Assembly: GCA_964621155.1 (NCBI GenBank)
Contig: CAZULB010000002.1
Span: 1 to 60,320 of the forward strand
DNA length: 60,320 nt
Direction: 5' to 3'
Source: an uncultured bacterium
GTDB lineage: Bacteria; Krumholzibacteriota; Krumholzibacteriia; WVZY01; JAKEHA01
Shown here: one piece after another, positions 25,396 to 34,725 of the stretch
How positions within the stretch are numbered: the first letter of the stretch is position 1
Layout of the letters: each line of letters starts with the position of its first letter
The notes under the pieces: generated by a model
The model's input: only the letters and a program-made list of their open reading frames with translations
Told to the model about the DNA's origin: nothing
Database searches by the model: none
Position numbers and translations under genes: made by a program

Positions 25396-26022
25396 ATGAG
25401 GAAAAATCCATTCTGCCTCGCGGCGGCCGTGGCGCTGGCCGGGCTCGCGGGATCGGCGCAAGTTCGGGCCGCCGACCACCGCGAAACCCCGGCCACGCTC
25501 GCGGACGCCGTGGCGGACATCGCTGATGTCTACACGTGGAAGGACGGCGATCGCTTCGTCGTCGTGATGACGGTCGACGGGTTACGCATGCCGACGCCCG
25601 GGCAGGCAGCGCGCTTCGACGAAGACGTTCGCTATGAGTTTCACATCGGGCGCGATTCCTTCGCCACCACGCGACAGTCCGCCGTGGACATCGTGGTGCG
25701 CATGAAGCAGGCGAACGGCAACTGGACCGTCACGGCCCAGGGCATCCCCGGCGCCAACGGCACCGTGACCGGCAACGCCGAAAGCGTGCTCACCAAGGGT
25801 TCGGCGCATGTTTTCGTGGGACTGCGCGACGATCCGTTCTTCTTCGACCTCGAAGGTTTTCGCAACACGCTTATGACGGGCACACTCATGTTCAATTCGG
25901 CGCGCGACACGTTCGCCGGCATGAACGCGACTGCCATTGTGATCGAGATGGACCTGAACGCCGTCAAGAGCGGCAGCAACAAGCTGTACGTGTGGGGCAC
26001 GACGGCACGAAAGGATGGCTAA
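25396..26022 (+). CDS. DUF4331 N-terminal-half protein, secreted
   Basis: It has a signal peptide, and the mature N-terminus ADHRETP...DIADVYTW matches the DUF4331 opening motif (SDHREAP..D..D.Y.F). Confidence 0.7.
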   Translation: MRKNPFCLAAAVALAGLAGSAQVRAADHRETPATLADAVADIADVYTWKDGDRFVVVMTVDGLRMPTPGQAARFDEDVRYEFHIGRDSFATTRQSAVDIVVRMKQANGNWTVTAQGIPGANGTVTGNAESVLTKGSAHVFVGLRDDPFFFDLEGFRNTLMTGTLMFNSARDTFAGMNATAIVIEMDLNAVKSGSNKLYVWGTTARKDG

Positions 26023-26024
26023 CC

Positions 26025-26591
26025 ATGCGCACCACGCACTTCCTATTGGCGGCGCTGGCGGTATCGGCGCTGAGCGCCTGCTCGGAGGATTCCCCGATGT
26101 CGGGCAACTCCACGTTGCAGAAAACGCCGGCGTCCTACACGCGCATCGACCGGATGGGCATGCCCGCCGTGGCGACCGCACTTATCACCAGCAAACAGAA
26201 CTACAATGAGGCTGATCCGACTGACGATGCGGCGGGTGATTTCGTCCCTGAGATCGTCGACCACCTGACCACATTGCACAACGCGCTCGACGACGACCTC
26301 ACCGGGCTCGGTCTCACACCGGCCACGGTGAACGAAGCCGCGGCGCAGGGTGCGCCGCTGGTGGTGCCGGATGTCATCACGGTGGACACGAACGCGCCGT
26401 CGGGCTTCCCCAACGGCCGCCGTCTCGCCGACCCCGTGATCGACGTCACGCTCGCGGTGCTGCTGCTCGACGTGAGTGGTCTCGGCGACAGCAACGGCCC
26501 GCATCCCGCCACCGCGCTGGTGGGCGTAAATCCGACGGCGAACGACGCTCCGTTCTCCACCATGTTTCCCTTCCTGGCGCAGCCGCATTAG
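26025..26591 (+). CDS. DUF4331 C-terminal-half-like lipoprotein
   Basis: It has a lipobox (LSAC). The motifs IDRMGMPAVATALI...YN..DP and FPNGRRLADPVIDVTLAVLL match DUF4331 C-terminal motifs. It starts 2 nt after the previous stop. Confidence 0.7.
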   Translation: MRTTHFLLAALAVSALSACSEDSPMSGNSTLQKTPASYTRIDRMGMPAVATALITSKQNYNEADPTDDAAGDFVPEIVDHLTTLHNALDDDLTGLGLTPATVNEAAAQGAPLVVPDVITVDTNAPSGFPNGRRLADPVIDVTLAVLLLDVSGLGDSNGPHPATALVGVNPTANDAPFSTMFPFLAQPH

Positions 26592-26608
26592 CCCCAAGGA
26601 GAATCACC

Positions 26609-27643
26609 ATGGCGAATATCTCGCACCGAATTTTTCTCTGCGTGGCCACGGTTCTGGTTCTCCTGGCGGTGCGGCTGGCATTTTCGCCTCGCAACGTCGC
26701 GTCCTCCGCTCCGGCGGGGGGCGTGACGTACGCGGCGGCGGTGGCCGATGCTGACGCGCAGGTTGCGGCCGCGGACGCGCGTGTCGCGCGTGTGAAGACA
26801 GACTCGTGGATGGAGTTGGAGCGGGCGGCCAACGCGCATATGAGCCGCGGCCGTCTCAGTGACAACTGGAGTGACTACGCCACGGCAGATTCGCTCATGG
26901 CGCGCGCGTTCGACATGGCACCCGAAGGGACCGGACCGTTTCTCGGGCGTGCGCGTCTCAATTTCACCATGCACCGTTTCGATCGTGTTAATGACGATCT
27001 CGTGCGCGCCGAGTCGCAGATGCTGCTATCTCCCCGCACGCAGGCCGAAATCGAGGCCCTGCGTGCGGATGTCGATCTCGAACGCGGCGAAACCGCTGCG
27101 GCGCTGGCGCACTATCGCAATGCGGTGGAAGTAGAGCATAACTTCGATAACCTCGCGCGTCTCGCGGGTGGTCTGGCGAAGTCAGGTTCGCTGGAGGCGG
27201 CAGACCGGACTTACACTGAAGCAGCCGCAGCCTTGCCGCGGTCGGCCACTCGTGAGCGCGCGTGGGTGAGTTTGCAGCGCGGGTTGCTCGCGCTCGATAC
27301 GCATGACCTGGACCGCGCACTCAAGCACTATCGTGATGCGAAAAGGCAGTTTCCGGGTTGGTGGTTGGCGGACGAACACATTGCCGAGGCACTGACTCTG
27401 CAGGGGCACGACGAGGAGGCGCTCGCGATCTATCGCGACGTTCTGGCCCGTACCGGCGACCCGGAATTCATGGACGCCATGGCGCGCATCTACCGCCACC
27501 GCGGTGATGAAGCAACGGCAACCAGATGGATTGCGATCGCCAAAGCCGGCCACGCCCGGCGCCTCGCGCGCTTCCCGGAGGCGGCAGCGGGACATGCCCG
27601 GCAGCACATCAAGGATTTCGGGCCCATCACGGGAGGAGCGTAA
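26609..27643 (+). CDS. Membrane-anchored TPR-repeat protein
   Basis: AAGGAG is followed by the ATG. It has an N-terminal anchor (IFLCVATVLVLLAV) and multiple TPR-like helices (AALAHYRNAVEVEHNFDNL.., ALKHYRDAKRQFPGWW..). Confidence 0.7.
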   Translation: MANISHRIFLCVATVLVLLAVRLAFSPRNVASSAPAGGVTYAAAVADADAQVAAADARVARVKTDSWMELERAANAHMSRGRLSDNWSDYATADSLMARAFDMAPEGTGPFLGRARLNFTMHRFDRVNDDLVRAESQMLLSPRTQAEIEALRADVDLERGETAAALAHYRNAVEVEHNFDNLARLAGGLAKSGSLEAADRTYTEAAAALPRSATRERAWVSLQRGLLALDTHDLDRALKHYRDAKRQFPGWWLADEHIAEALTLQGHDEEALAIYRDVLARTGDPEFMDAMARIYRHRGDEATATRWIAIAKAGHARRLARFPEAAAGHARQHIKDFGPITGGA

Positions 27644-27677
27644 ATCGTTCGTCCAGCTTGTGACCTTCCGTGAGCAT

Positions 27678-27718
27678 CGGGGCCTGTGCGCGCAAGCGGA
27701 CGGGCCCCGGATGTTTTC
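27678..27718 (+). terminator. Terminator-like hairpin after the TPR gene
   Basis: CGGGGCCTG...CGGGCCCCG forms a 9-bp stem (including one G-U wobble pair) with a large loop, followed by GATGTTTTC. Confidence 0.4.
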
Positions 27719-27723
27719 ACCGG

Positions 27724-28590
27724 CTACACCGTCTCGCTGAATACGGGCTCGCGCGCTTCGGCGACAATGCGCACTTTGGCGTGCGCAGAATGCCCGGAGC
27801 TGCGCGAGCCGGCGAGGCGGCGCAGATCGATGGCAGTACGCAGGTCCTGAACATCCGCGGGTGTCATGCGCTTCAGATAGACACTCTGCGCGTCACGCAT
27901 CTCGGCCACGGCGGAAAGGAAACGTTTGCGATCGCGACGGCTGCTCAGGTCCATCCGCTCGTCGTTGGTCCACGCAAACACGTAGTGACCTTCCGATCCG
28001 CCCAGTTTCCATGGGAACGCTGCATCCACTTCGACGATGAGGCCGTGGCCGGTCGAGTCGACCAGGTGCGAACGCCGGCCCAGGAACTGAAACAGACTTG
28101 CCTCTGCGTCCATCGCGGCGGCGGAAACGATGTCCTCGGTGAGCCCCTGGAACGCCTGCACCTGCGGAAGTTGAGCCAGCGCGCGCAGCATGTGTGCGCG
28201 GAAATCATTCTGGACGATGGAACGCGGCACCACGCACACGCAGTGGTCCGTGTCGAACGTGCTCATGTGCCCGAAAGCACCCTTGCGGATGGCCAGCGCA
28301 CACGACCTCACCACGGTGGGAAGCTCGTTCGCGCGCTTCTTCATCGCGTCCGAGAATGTCCCGCGGGGGCGAAACGCGTTGCGCGCATCCGCAAACAACC
28401 GCTGGCGCGCGCGTGTCTCACCGAAGAACCAACGCTGCCTCGTATTCCGCAACGCTTCACGCAACGCGTGCTTCCCTTCGCGGGAAAGCCAGTGGTCGAA
28501 TGCCGTTGAGGTCAGAGGATGCCGCGTGACTTTGAACTCGTCGCGTTTCCATCCAAGCGTTCCCAATACGTCCTCCTTCGCGGGCATCAT
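27724..28590 (-). CDS. Hypothetical 288-aa protein, no recognised domain
   Basis: Its composition is diverse (W, F, D, K and H present), whereas the overlapping plus-strand ORF 27670..28509 is Arg/His/Ala-rich. No signal peptide is present. Confidence 0.6.
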   Translation of the reverse strand: MMPAKEDVLGTLGWKRDEFKVTRHPLTSTAFDHWLSREGKHALREALRNTRQRWFFGETRARQRLFADARNAFRPRGTFSDAMKKRANELPTVVRSCALAIRKGAFGHMSTFDTDHCVCVVPRSIVQNDFRAHMLRALAQLPQVQAFQGLTEDIVSAAAMDAEASLFQFLGRRSHLVDSTGHGLIVEVDAAFPWKLGGSEGHYVFAWTNDERMDLSSRRDRKRFLSAVAEMRDAQSVYLKRMTPADVQDLRTAIDLRRLAGSRSSGHSAHAKVRIVAEAREPVFSETV

Positions 28591-28720
28591 GCGCCGTCAT
28601 GCGCGCACGCGGTCTTGCGACCATGCCCGGTAATGACTCAAGAAGGAAGAGAAGCTGCAAGGCGCACGCCACGCACGCTCGTCACCCGGAGCCGTGAAGA
28701 TGAACGTGTCGGAGATTGCT

Positions 28721-30109
28721 CTAGCGCGAGTGGCGAAAACGCGCGCCATACAACATTACCGCAATACCAATGCTGCACAGTCCGATCCATGCTGCATTGC
28801 GCGTCGCATCCAATTGAAAACATCCGAAGATGACCGCGAGCTGGAACGCAACAAAGACAAGCGGAACCACCGGATAGAGCGGCACGCGCACGAAACGCTC
28901 GGCCTCGGGCCGGCGCTTGCGCAGCACCATGACGGCAGCTCCCGTGAGCGCGAAGAAAACGGCGTCCACGATCACAACACCGGTGAGCAGACGATCGATG
29001 GCATTCTTGCCGGCGCTCACCACCAGCACGATGGCGATACCACCCACCAGGCACAGAGCCAGCGCGGGGGTTTGGAAGCGCTGCTGCGGGCGTCCGAACG
29101 ACGCAAAAAAGCGACGATCGCGTGCCATACCGTAGAGGAGGCGCGGCCCGGAGAGGATCTGCACATTGAGCACGCCAAAAGCCGACAGCGCCACGGCGCC
29201 CGCAATCAAACGCGCGCCGATGTTGGGCCACACGGTGGAGACTGCATCGGCCGCGAGCGCCTGGCTGTTCACCACGCCGTCAAATCCGAGCAGGTGCAGG
29301 TACGCCCAGTTCGTGAGCAGATAGATGACGACCACGATGAAATTCCCCAGGATCAGCGCCAGCGGTACGTCGCGACGCGGATTCTTCATCTCGCCCGCAA
29401 CCCACAGCGCATAGTGACCGCCGCCCAGTGCAAAGAGCGCGGGAACCAGTCCCGAGAAAAGACGCACTGCAAGCGATGACGATAGCGGCGCCAGCGGTTC
29501 CACGCTGGCAACATGCGGCGCCGCGATTACAGCGAGTGCGGTGACGAGCAGCAGTGCCCCCACTTTGGCGACCACGGTGACATTCTGGATGGCCGTGCCG
29601 TAGCGCACGCCGACGATGTTGGCTCCCGTCACCAGGGCGAGCAACAGCGCCGGCAGCACCGTCGCCAGAGGTCCGGAAAGCGGCGTCCCGGCGAACGCCG
29701 CGGAGAGATTCTCCGCGCACACGATCGCGATGATCGCCGTTCCTCCGGCGATGATCGCGCACGCGTTGCAGAGCGAGAAACAGAATGCAATCAGGGGACC
29801 GTACGCATCACGCAGCATTTCGTACTGTCCGGCGGTGCGCGAGTACATGCCGCCGAGCTCCGCGAAGGTGAGTGCGCCAAGGAGCGCGATCAGCCCGCCC
29901 GCTGCCCACGTCCACATGGCCAGCGACGGGCCGCCGGCGACGCGCGCAACGTTGGTGGGTGTGAAGAAGATGCCGACACCGATGATGGCGCCGATCACAA
30001 TCGAAGTGGCGCTGACCGGACCGATGACGCGGCGCAGGCCGTCGGCTGAAGCGCTGCCGGAGGATGTCGCGTTCGTCGTGCGCTCCGTGCTCACCGCTCC
30101 CGCTTCCAT
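28721..30109 (-). CDS. APC-superfamily amino acid permease
   Basis: It has about 12 TM helices. The N-terminal motif is IVIGAIIGVGIFFTP and the length is 462 aa. Confidence 0.85.
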   Translation of the reverse strand: MEAGAVSTERTTNATSSGSASADGLRRVIGPVSATSIVIGAIIGVGIFFTPTNVARVAGGPSLAMWTWAAGGLIALLGALTFAELGGMYSRTAGQYEMLRDAYGPLIAFCFSLCNACAIIAGGTAIIAIVCAENLSAAFAGTPLSGPLATVLPALLLALVTGANIVGVRYGTAIQNVTVVAKVGALLLVTALAVIAAPHVASVEPLAPLSSSLAVRLFSGLVPALFALGGGHYALWVAGEMKNPRRDVPLALILGNFIVVVIYLLTNWAYLHLLGFDGVVNSQALAADAVSTVWPNIGARLIAGAVALSAFGVLNVQILSGPRLLYGMARDRRFFASFGRPQQRFQTPALALCLVGGIAIVLVVSAGKNAIDRLLTGVVIVDAVFFALTGAAVMVLRKRRPEAERFVRVPLYPVVPLVFVAFQLAVIFGCFQLDATRNAAWIGLCSIGIAVMLYGARFRHSR

Positions 30110-30435
30110 TGGTATTTTTTCAGATCGACACGCCCCTTCTTGTCGAAAACAACCTTCTCGGCCTCGAGCAACGCGCGCTGCAGGCCTCCGCCACCCAGCC
30201 CCGCGTCGAGGCTGATCTCGCCGCGACTATTGATGATGCGATGCCAGGGGAGATCGTGGCCCGCGGGAAGTGAGTGCAGCGCATAGCCCACCTGCCTCGG
30301 CCCCGAGGCCCCGGCGAGCTCGGCGATCTGGCCGTACGTGGCAACCCGCCCGCGGGGCACGCGGCGCACGGTCCTGTAGATGCGCTCGTAGGCTGTCACG
30401 CGGCCATTGTAGGAGGAGTGCCGTAAAAATTCCAA
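30091..30435 (-). CDS. MGMT-family DNA-binding protein lacking the catalytic Cys (alkyltransferase-like, Atl/YbaZ type)
   Basis: The motifs are VPRGRVATYGQIAELAG and LPWHRIINSRGEIS, with PWHR in place of PCHR. It overlaps the permease start by 19 nt. Confidence 0.8.
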   Translation of the reverse strand: MEFLRHSSYNGRVTAYERIYRTVRRVPRGRVATYGQIAELAGASGPRQVGYALHSLPAGHDLPWHRIINSRGEISLDAGLGGGGLQRALLEAEKVVFDKKGRVDLKKYQWKRER

Positions 30436-30530
30436 GCGGAGGCATTGTACCGGGTACGCATGTGCGCTAACGTGTTAACGTCCGCCCCGGATCGATCAGG
30501 TCGCTGCCCCACGGCGATGTGGAGGTACTC

Positions 30531-31619
30531 ATGAAACGCCTGGTCTCTCCCACGCTTCTCATTCTCATCATTTCATCGTTCGCGATCGGCTGGCGCGCCG
30601 ACGCTGACGGTATTTACTCCCCGCGCAGCATGACCCTGGCCGGGAATCAACTGCTGGTTTCTGACAGATACAGCGGCTTGCACATTTATGACGTGTCGAA
30701 CTTGTCCGCGCCTACCAGGGTCCTGCAAATTCCATTACGTGGAAACGTCAGCTCGGCGGTGAAGGACGATGTCGTCTACACGAATCAATACAGCCAGCTC
30801 CAGGTCATTCGCGTCACGGGCGACAGCTACGAGGTCCTGGCCAAACTCGGCGACGAACTCCCACCGCTGCCGCCCCCATGGGAGGGTAGCCCCGGCGGCT
30901 CCGGGTACGGATGTTCTGCATGCAACGACTATGACGCCGTCACGTCCCCGACTCCAACGTCGAGCGGCGGATCATCGTTTGCCACCTTCGCAGTAGTCGA
31001 CAACGAGCTCTATCGCGTGAATGAGTCGACGCTGTATGCGTACGACGTAACCAACGCCGAGAAGCCCGCGTTCCAATCGAAAACCCCCGTCGACTGGAAC
31101 ATCGAGACCCTGTTTCCGGCCGGGGACTTCCTTTTCATCGGCGGAAACCGCGGCATGTACATCTATGACCGCACCGATCCGGCGCATCCGCATCAGTTGT
31201 CGAAAATCGAGCACACGGTCGCGTGCGACCCGGTGGTGGTGGAAGGCTCAACGGCTTTCGTCACGTTGCAATCATTTGGCGCGTGCGGTGGGTTTACCAA
31301 TGAGCTCATGTGCGTGAACATCGCGGACCCGTCGAAGCCGGTGATCATCGGCGAGAAGCCGATGGCATCACCGTACGGGCTGGCGGTACAGAATGCGCAA
31401 TTGTTCGTGAGCCACGGCAGCAACGGCTACTCGCTGGTCGATGTGAGCCGGCCCGACGCCCCGGTCGTAAAGGCCACGTGGACGGACGCGACGCGTGACT
31501 TCATCTGGTCGGGGTCGACGCTGTTCGTGCTGGAGGAGAACAACGTCGCCATCTATGACGTGACCGATCCGATGGCGCCGGTGCTCATCGCGCGCGTGGA
31601 ACCGACCGGTTCTTCGTAG
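30531..31619 (+). CDS. Secreted LVIVD-repeat beta-propeller protein
   Basis: GGAGG is followed by the ATG at 30531, and a signal peptide is present. The protein has repeated G..L.V.D...GL.IYDVS.P..P segments. Confidence 0.65.
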   Translation: MKRLVSPTLLILIISSFAIGWRADADGIYSPRSMTLAGNQLLVSDRYSGLHIYDVSNLSAPTRVLQIPLRGNVSSAVKDDVVYTNQYSQLQVIRVTGDSYEVLAKLGDELPPLPPPWEGSPGGSGYGCSACNDYDAVTSPTPTSSGGSSFATFAVVDNELYRVNESTLYAYDVTNAEKPAFQSKTPVDWNIETLFPAGDFLFIGGNRGMYIYDRTDPAHPHQLSKIEHTVACDPVVVEGSTAFVTLQSFGACGGFTNELMCVNIADPSKPVIIGEKPMASPYGLAVQNAQLFVSHGSNGYSLVDVSRPDAPVVKATWTDATRDFIWSGSTLFVLEENNVAIYDVTDPMAPVLIARVEPTGSS

Positions 31620-31695
31620 CAACGAGCCGGGCCCTGCCGGCTGCGGGTGTGGTATCATTGTGGGGCTTTCGCCCCCGCGATCAAGGGATCCCACC

Positions 31696-32577
31696 GTGAA
31701 GCACATCTGCAGCATCGCGACCGCCTGCGCACTCACGCTCTCGTCGCCTGCGCTGGCCCAGGTTCCCGCGCTCGACCACGTCGTTGTGGTTGTGATGGAG
31801 AATCACAGCTACAACCAGGTACGCACGGCGCCGTTCACGGCGAGCCTCATCGCCGCCTCTTCCGTGTGCACGCAGTCGTATGCCATCACGCACCCGTCGT
31901 TCCCGAACTATCTGTGTTTGTGGGCGGGTTCAACGCTGGGGATCACCAACAACAATTGTCCTGCCCCCGGTGCGCCATTCATGGTCGCCAACCTGGGCCA
32001 GGCCTGTGAAGCGGCGGGCGTCTCGTGGCGCGCCTACTGCGAAGATCTTCCCGAAGCAGGCAGCGCGGTGTGTTCGTCAACCGGCTACCAGCGCAAGCAT
32101 GCGCCGTGGACATATTTCGGGAACCTCGATCACATGAACGAAAGGCCGCTCGGCGACCTTGTGCCCGACATCACCGCGGGAAATCTTCCCCGCCTTGCCT
32201 TCATCGTTCCCAATCAATGCAACAGCACACATGACTGCCCCGTGGCCACGGGCGATGCCTGGCTGGAGAGCATGATTCCAACGCTGATCGCGGCTGTGGG
32301 TGCGCGCGGTGTGGTGATTCTCACGTGGGACGAGGACGACGGCGCCAACCAGAACAACATTCTAACGGTCATCTCCGGCCCGCTGGTCAAGCCGGGATAT
32401 GCGCACACATCCCACACGGACCACTTCGATGTTCTACGCACGATCTGCGATGCGCTCGGGGTCGCCGCCATGGGCAACGCGGCCACAGCAGCGCCGATCG
32501 ACAACATCTGGATCCCGGACACGCCCCCAAGGCGCATTACGCTGGGCCGGATGAAAGCCAATTTCATCCACGAGTAG
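31696..32577 (+). CDS. Secreted phosphoesterase-family protein (PLC/acid phosphatase, PF04185-like)
   Basis: The GTG at 31696 follows AAGGGA. The signal peptide is VKHICSIATACALTLSSPALA. The motifs are HVVVVVMENHSYNQV and ILTWDEDDG. Confidence 0.7.
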   Translation: MKHICSIATACALTLSSPALAQVPALDHVVVVVMENHSYNQVRTAPFTASLIAASSVCTQSYAITHPSFPNYLCLWAGSTLGITNNNCPAPGAPFMVANLGQACEAAGVSWRAYCEDLPEAGSAVCSSTGYQRKHAPWTYFGNLDHMNERPLGDLVPDITAGNLPRLAFIVPNQCNSTHDCPVATGDAWLESMIPTLIAAVGARGVVILTWDEDDGANQNNILTVISGPLVKPGYAHTSHTDHFDVLRTICDALGVAAMGNAATAAPIDNIWIPDTPPRRITLGRMKANFIHE

Positions 32578-32615
32578 CTTCTCGTGTTGTGAAGGCTGGA
32601 TGAGAGCGGCCTGAA

Positions 32616-34715
32616 CTAGCGCACCACAACGAACTTCTTCGTGCTGTGTCCCTGGGCGCTCGCGAGCCGCAGGAAATAGACGCCCGAGGCCAGTTGCCCC
32701 GTATCCAGGTCGAACGTCTGCAGACCTTTCTCGGCGTTGGTGCGCGCGGCGAGCACGCGTTTGCCGGCAATATCGAACACCTGAACGTCCACCGGGCCGT
32801 CGCGGTCGACGGTGTACTGGATGGTGAGAGCACCCCGGGTGGGAACCGGACTCAGCGATGAGATGGCCGGATAGGCGGGCACGTTGGCCGCGAGTGCGAC
32901 CACGTTGTCGCTGCGCAGGATCTTCTTGTCAGGATCGACGAGCACCTCGAAGGGAGCCTGCGGCACCGTAAACGTAAACGTCTGCGACCGCAGGTTGTTC
33001 TGCACCGTCTCCCGGTGAATCTCAACCAGCGAATCGGCCGGCAACATGTCGTAAACGACAATATCCACCGGCATCTTGAACACGCTCACGTTCGACTGTG
33101 ACGGCGTCTGCTGCTGTTGAATCGTCACCTTTACTTCATAGTTGCCGCCGCCGACATCCTTCCACGATGTGGCCGCCGCGTAGCGTGGGTATCCCGTGCC
33201 TGTCGTCACCCACTGGCTGAAAAACGCATCGAGGTCGAGGCCGGACACCTGCTCGGCCACACGCTGAAAGTCGGCCGTGACCGCGTTGCCGTAGCGCACA
33301 GCGGGATCGGCTGCATAGGCCTGCAGGATCTGCTTGAAGACGTCGTCGCCGACCATGTTACGAAGCATGTACAGAACCATGCTTCCCTTGGCGTACACGC
33401 GATACCCGTCAAACATGTCGTTCACGGAAGTCGTGTCCTGCAGCACGAGCGTTCCGGTGGCGCGTCGCGCGCTGCGGTATTGCTGGTCGCGCGCAATCTT
33501 GTACGAGTCCGGAAATTGAACCGGTCGGGCTTCCCAGTAGAGCAGCTCCGCGTACGACGCGAAGCCTTCAGCCAGCCACAGGTGCGGCCAGCGCTTGACC
33601 GTGATCTTGTCGCCGTACCACTGATGCGCGAGTTCGTGAACGACCACGCCCGTGGAGCCGCCGCCGATTGACGACATGGTCTGATGCTCCATGCCACCCG
33701 GAAATGTGAACTCGGAGTGTCCGTACTTTTCAACGCCGTATTGTGGATCGGCAAACGGATACGGCCCGAACCAGCCTTCCTCCACCTCGAGCGCATCGCC
33801 GGTTAGCGTCCAGCCATCGTTGTTCCTCGTGCCAGGGAGCTCATTGGTGATGTCGTCATAAACCAGAAACTCGAGCGGAAGCGCAAGCGGGCCGTAGCCG
33901 GGAAGTCCTGCCAGCGCGGCCGGGCGATTGTAGGTGTCCTGGTAGCGCACGTACTCACCAATGGCCACCGAAATCAGATAGCTTGAAATCCTGTAGTGCG
34001 ACACCCAGTCGTAGACCGTGTTGGGGCCGATAGTGGTTTCACCAACCAGCAATCCGTTGGAACCGACTCGATACAGCGACGGCACCGTTACGGTAACGCG
34101 CGACGAGTCCGCCTTGTCGGACGGATGATCCTTGCACGGCCACCATTCGCGCGCGCCGTACGGCTCGGACAGACTCCACGCCAGACGCATTTCGTTGCCC
34201 GGGCACGGCGAAATGTTGTTGCGGCATTTCTTCCCGAAGAAGAAGTTCCCGAAGTCGTCGCTCACAGGAACACCACGATACGCGATATCCACCGCAACCA
34301 CAGTGCCCACCGGTTGTGACCCCGGCAATGTGATATTGAGCGCCGCGCCGGGATGGGTGAAAGCGAGCGCGCCGCCGCCGGCAGCATTCACCGACGTGAC
34401 AAGCATCGACGGCGCCAGATCGAGGGTCAGTGTGGTGAGGCTCGAGTTGACGACACGTCCTTCGACGCGCACGACGCCCACAATCGAGTCGTCATCCATG
34501 GCGATGTTCAGATTCAGATGATAGTAGGTGGCGTCGAAATTCGAACTGGCTGCGGAGGAGCTGTAGCGCGCGGTACGACTTGCGAAGGCGACCTTCGCGG
34601 CCTGGCAGGCTTCGGCACCGCTTTCGACTCTCCGGGGAGGCGCCGCGTGTGATGAAACGACGGGCAGGGATAGAGACAGCGCCAACGTTGCGGCAGTAAG
34701 AATCCGTCCGGGCAT
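32616..34715 (-). CDS. Secreted M1-family zinc aminopeptidase with T9SS-type C-terminal domain
   Basis: It has GGMEHQ (GxMEN-like) and HELAHQWYGD...WLAEGFASY (HExxH-18-E). The C-terminus is VFDIAGKRV..GVYFLRL..KKFVVVR. Confidence 0.9.
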   Translation of the reverse strand: MPGRILTAATLALSLSLPVVSSHAAPPRRVESGAEACQAAKVAFASRTARYSSSAASSNFDATYYHLNLNIAMDDDSIVGVVRVEGRVVNSSLTTLTLDLAPSMLVTSVNAAGGGALAFTHPGAALNITLPGSQPVGTVVAVDIAYRGVPVSDDFGNFFFGKKCRNNISPCPGNEMRLAWSLSEPYGAREWWPCKDHPSDKADSSRVTVTVPSLYRVGSNGLLVGETTIGPNTVYDWVSHYRISSYLISVAIGEYVRYQDTYNRPAALAGLPGYGPLALPLEFLVYDDITNELPGTRNNDGWTLTGDALEVEEGWFGPYPFADPQYGVEKYGHSEFTFPGGMEHQTMSSIGGGSTGVVVHELAHQWYGDKITVKRWPHLWLAEGFASYAELLYWEARPVQFPDSYKIARDQQYRSARRATGTLVLQDTTSVNDMFDGYRVYAKGSMVLYMLRNMVGDDVFKQILQAYAADPAVRYGNAVTADFQRVAEQVSGLDLDAFFSQWVTTGTGYPRYAAATSWKDVGGGNYEVKVTIQQQQTPSQSNVSVFKMPVDIVVYDMLPADSLVEIHRETVQNNLRSQTFTFTVPQAPFEVLVDPDKKILRSDNVVALAANVPAYPAISSLSPVPTRGALTIQYTVDRDGPVDVQVFDIAGKRVLAARTNAEKGLQTFDLDTGQLASGVYFLRLASAQGHSTKKFVVVR

Positions 34716-34725
34716 CGTTTGACCT

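Noticed and set aside
25396-26591. DUF4331 pair considered as a single frameshifted pseudogene
   Set aside because: The second ORF starts with its own complete lipoprotein signal peptide (MRTTHFLLAALAVSALSAC) 2 nt after a clean TAA stop, which points to two exported proteins.
27670-28509. 279-aa plus-strand ORF
   Set aside because: It is Arg/His/Ala-rich, whereas the minus-strand frame (27724..28590) has balanced composition.
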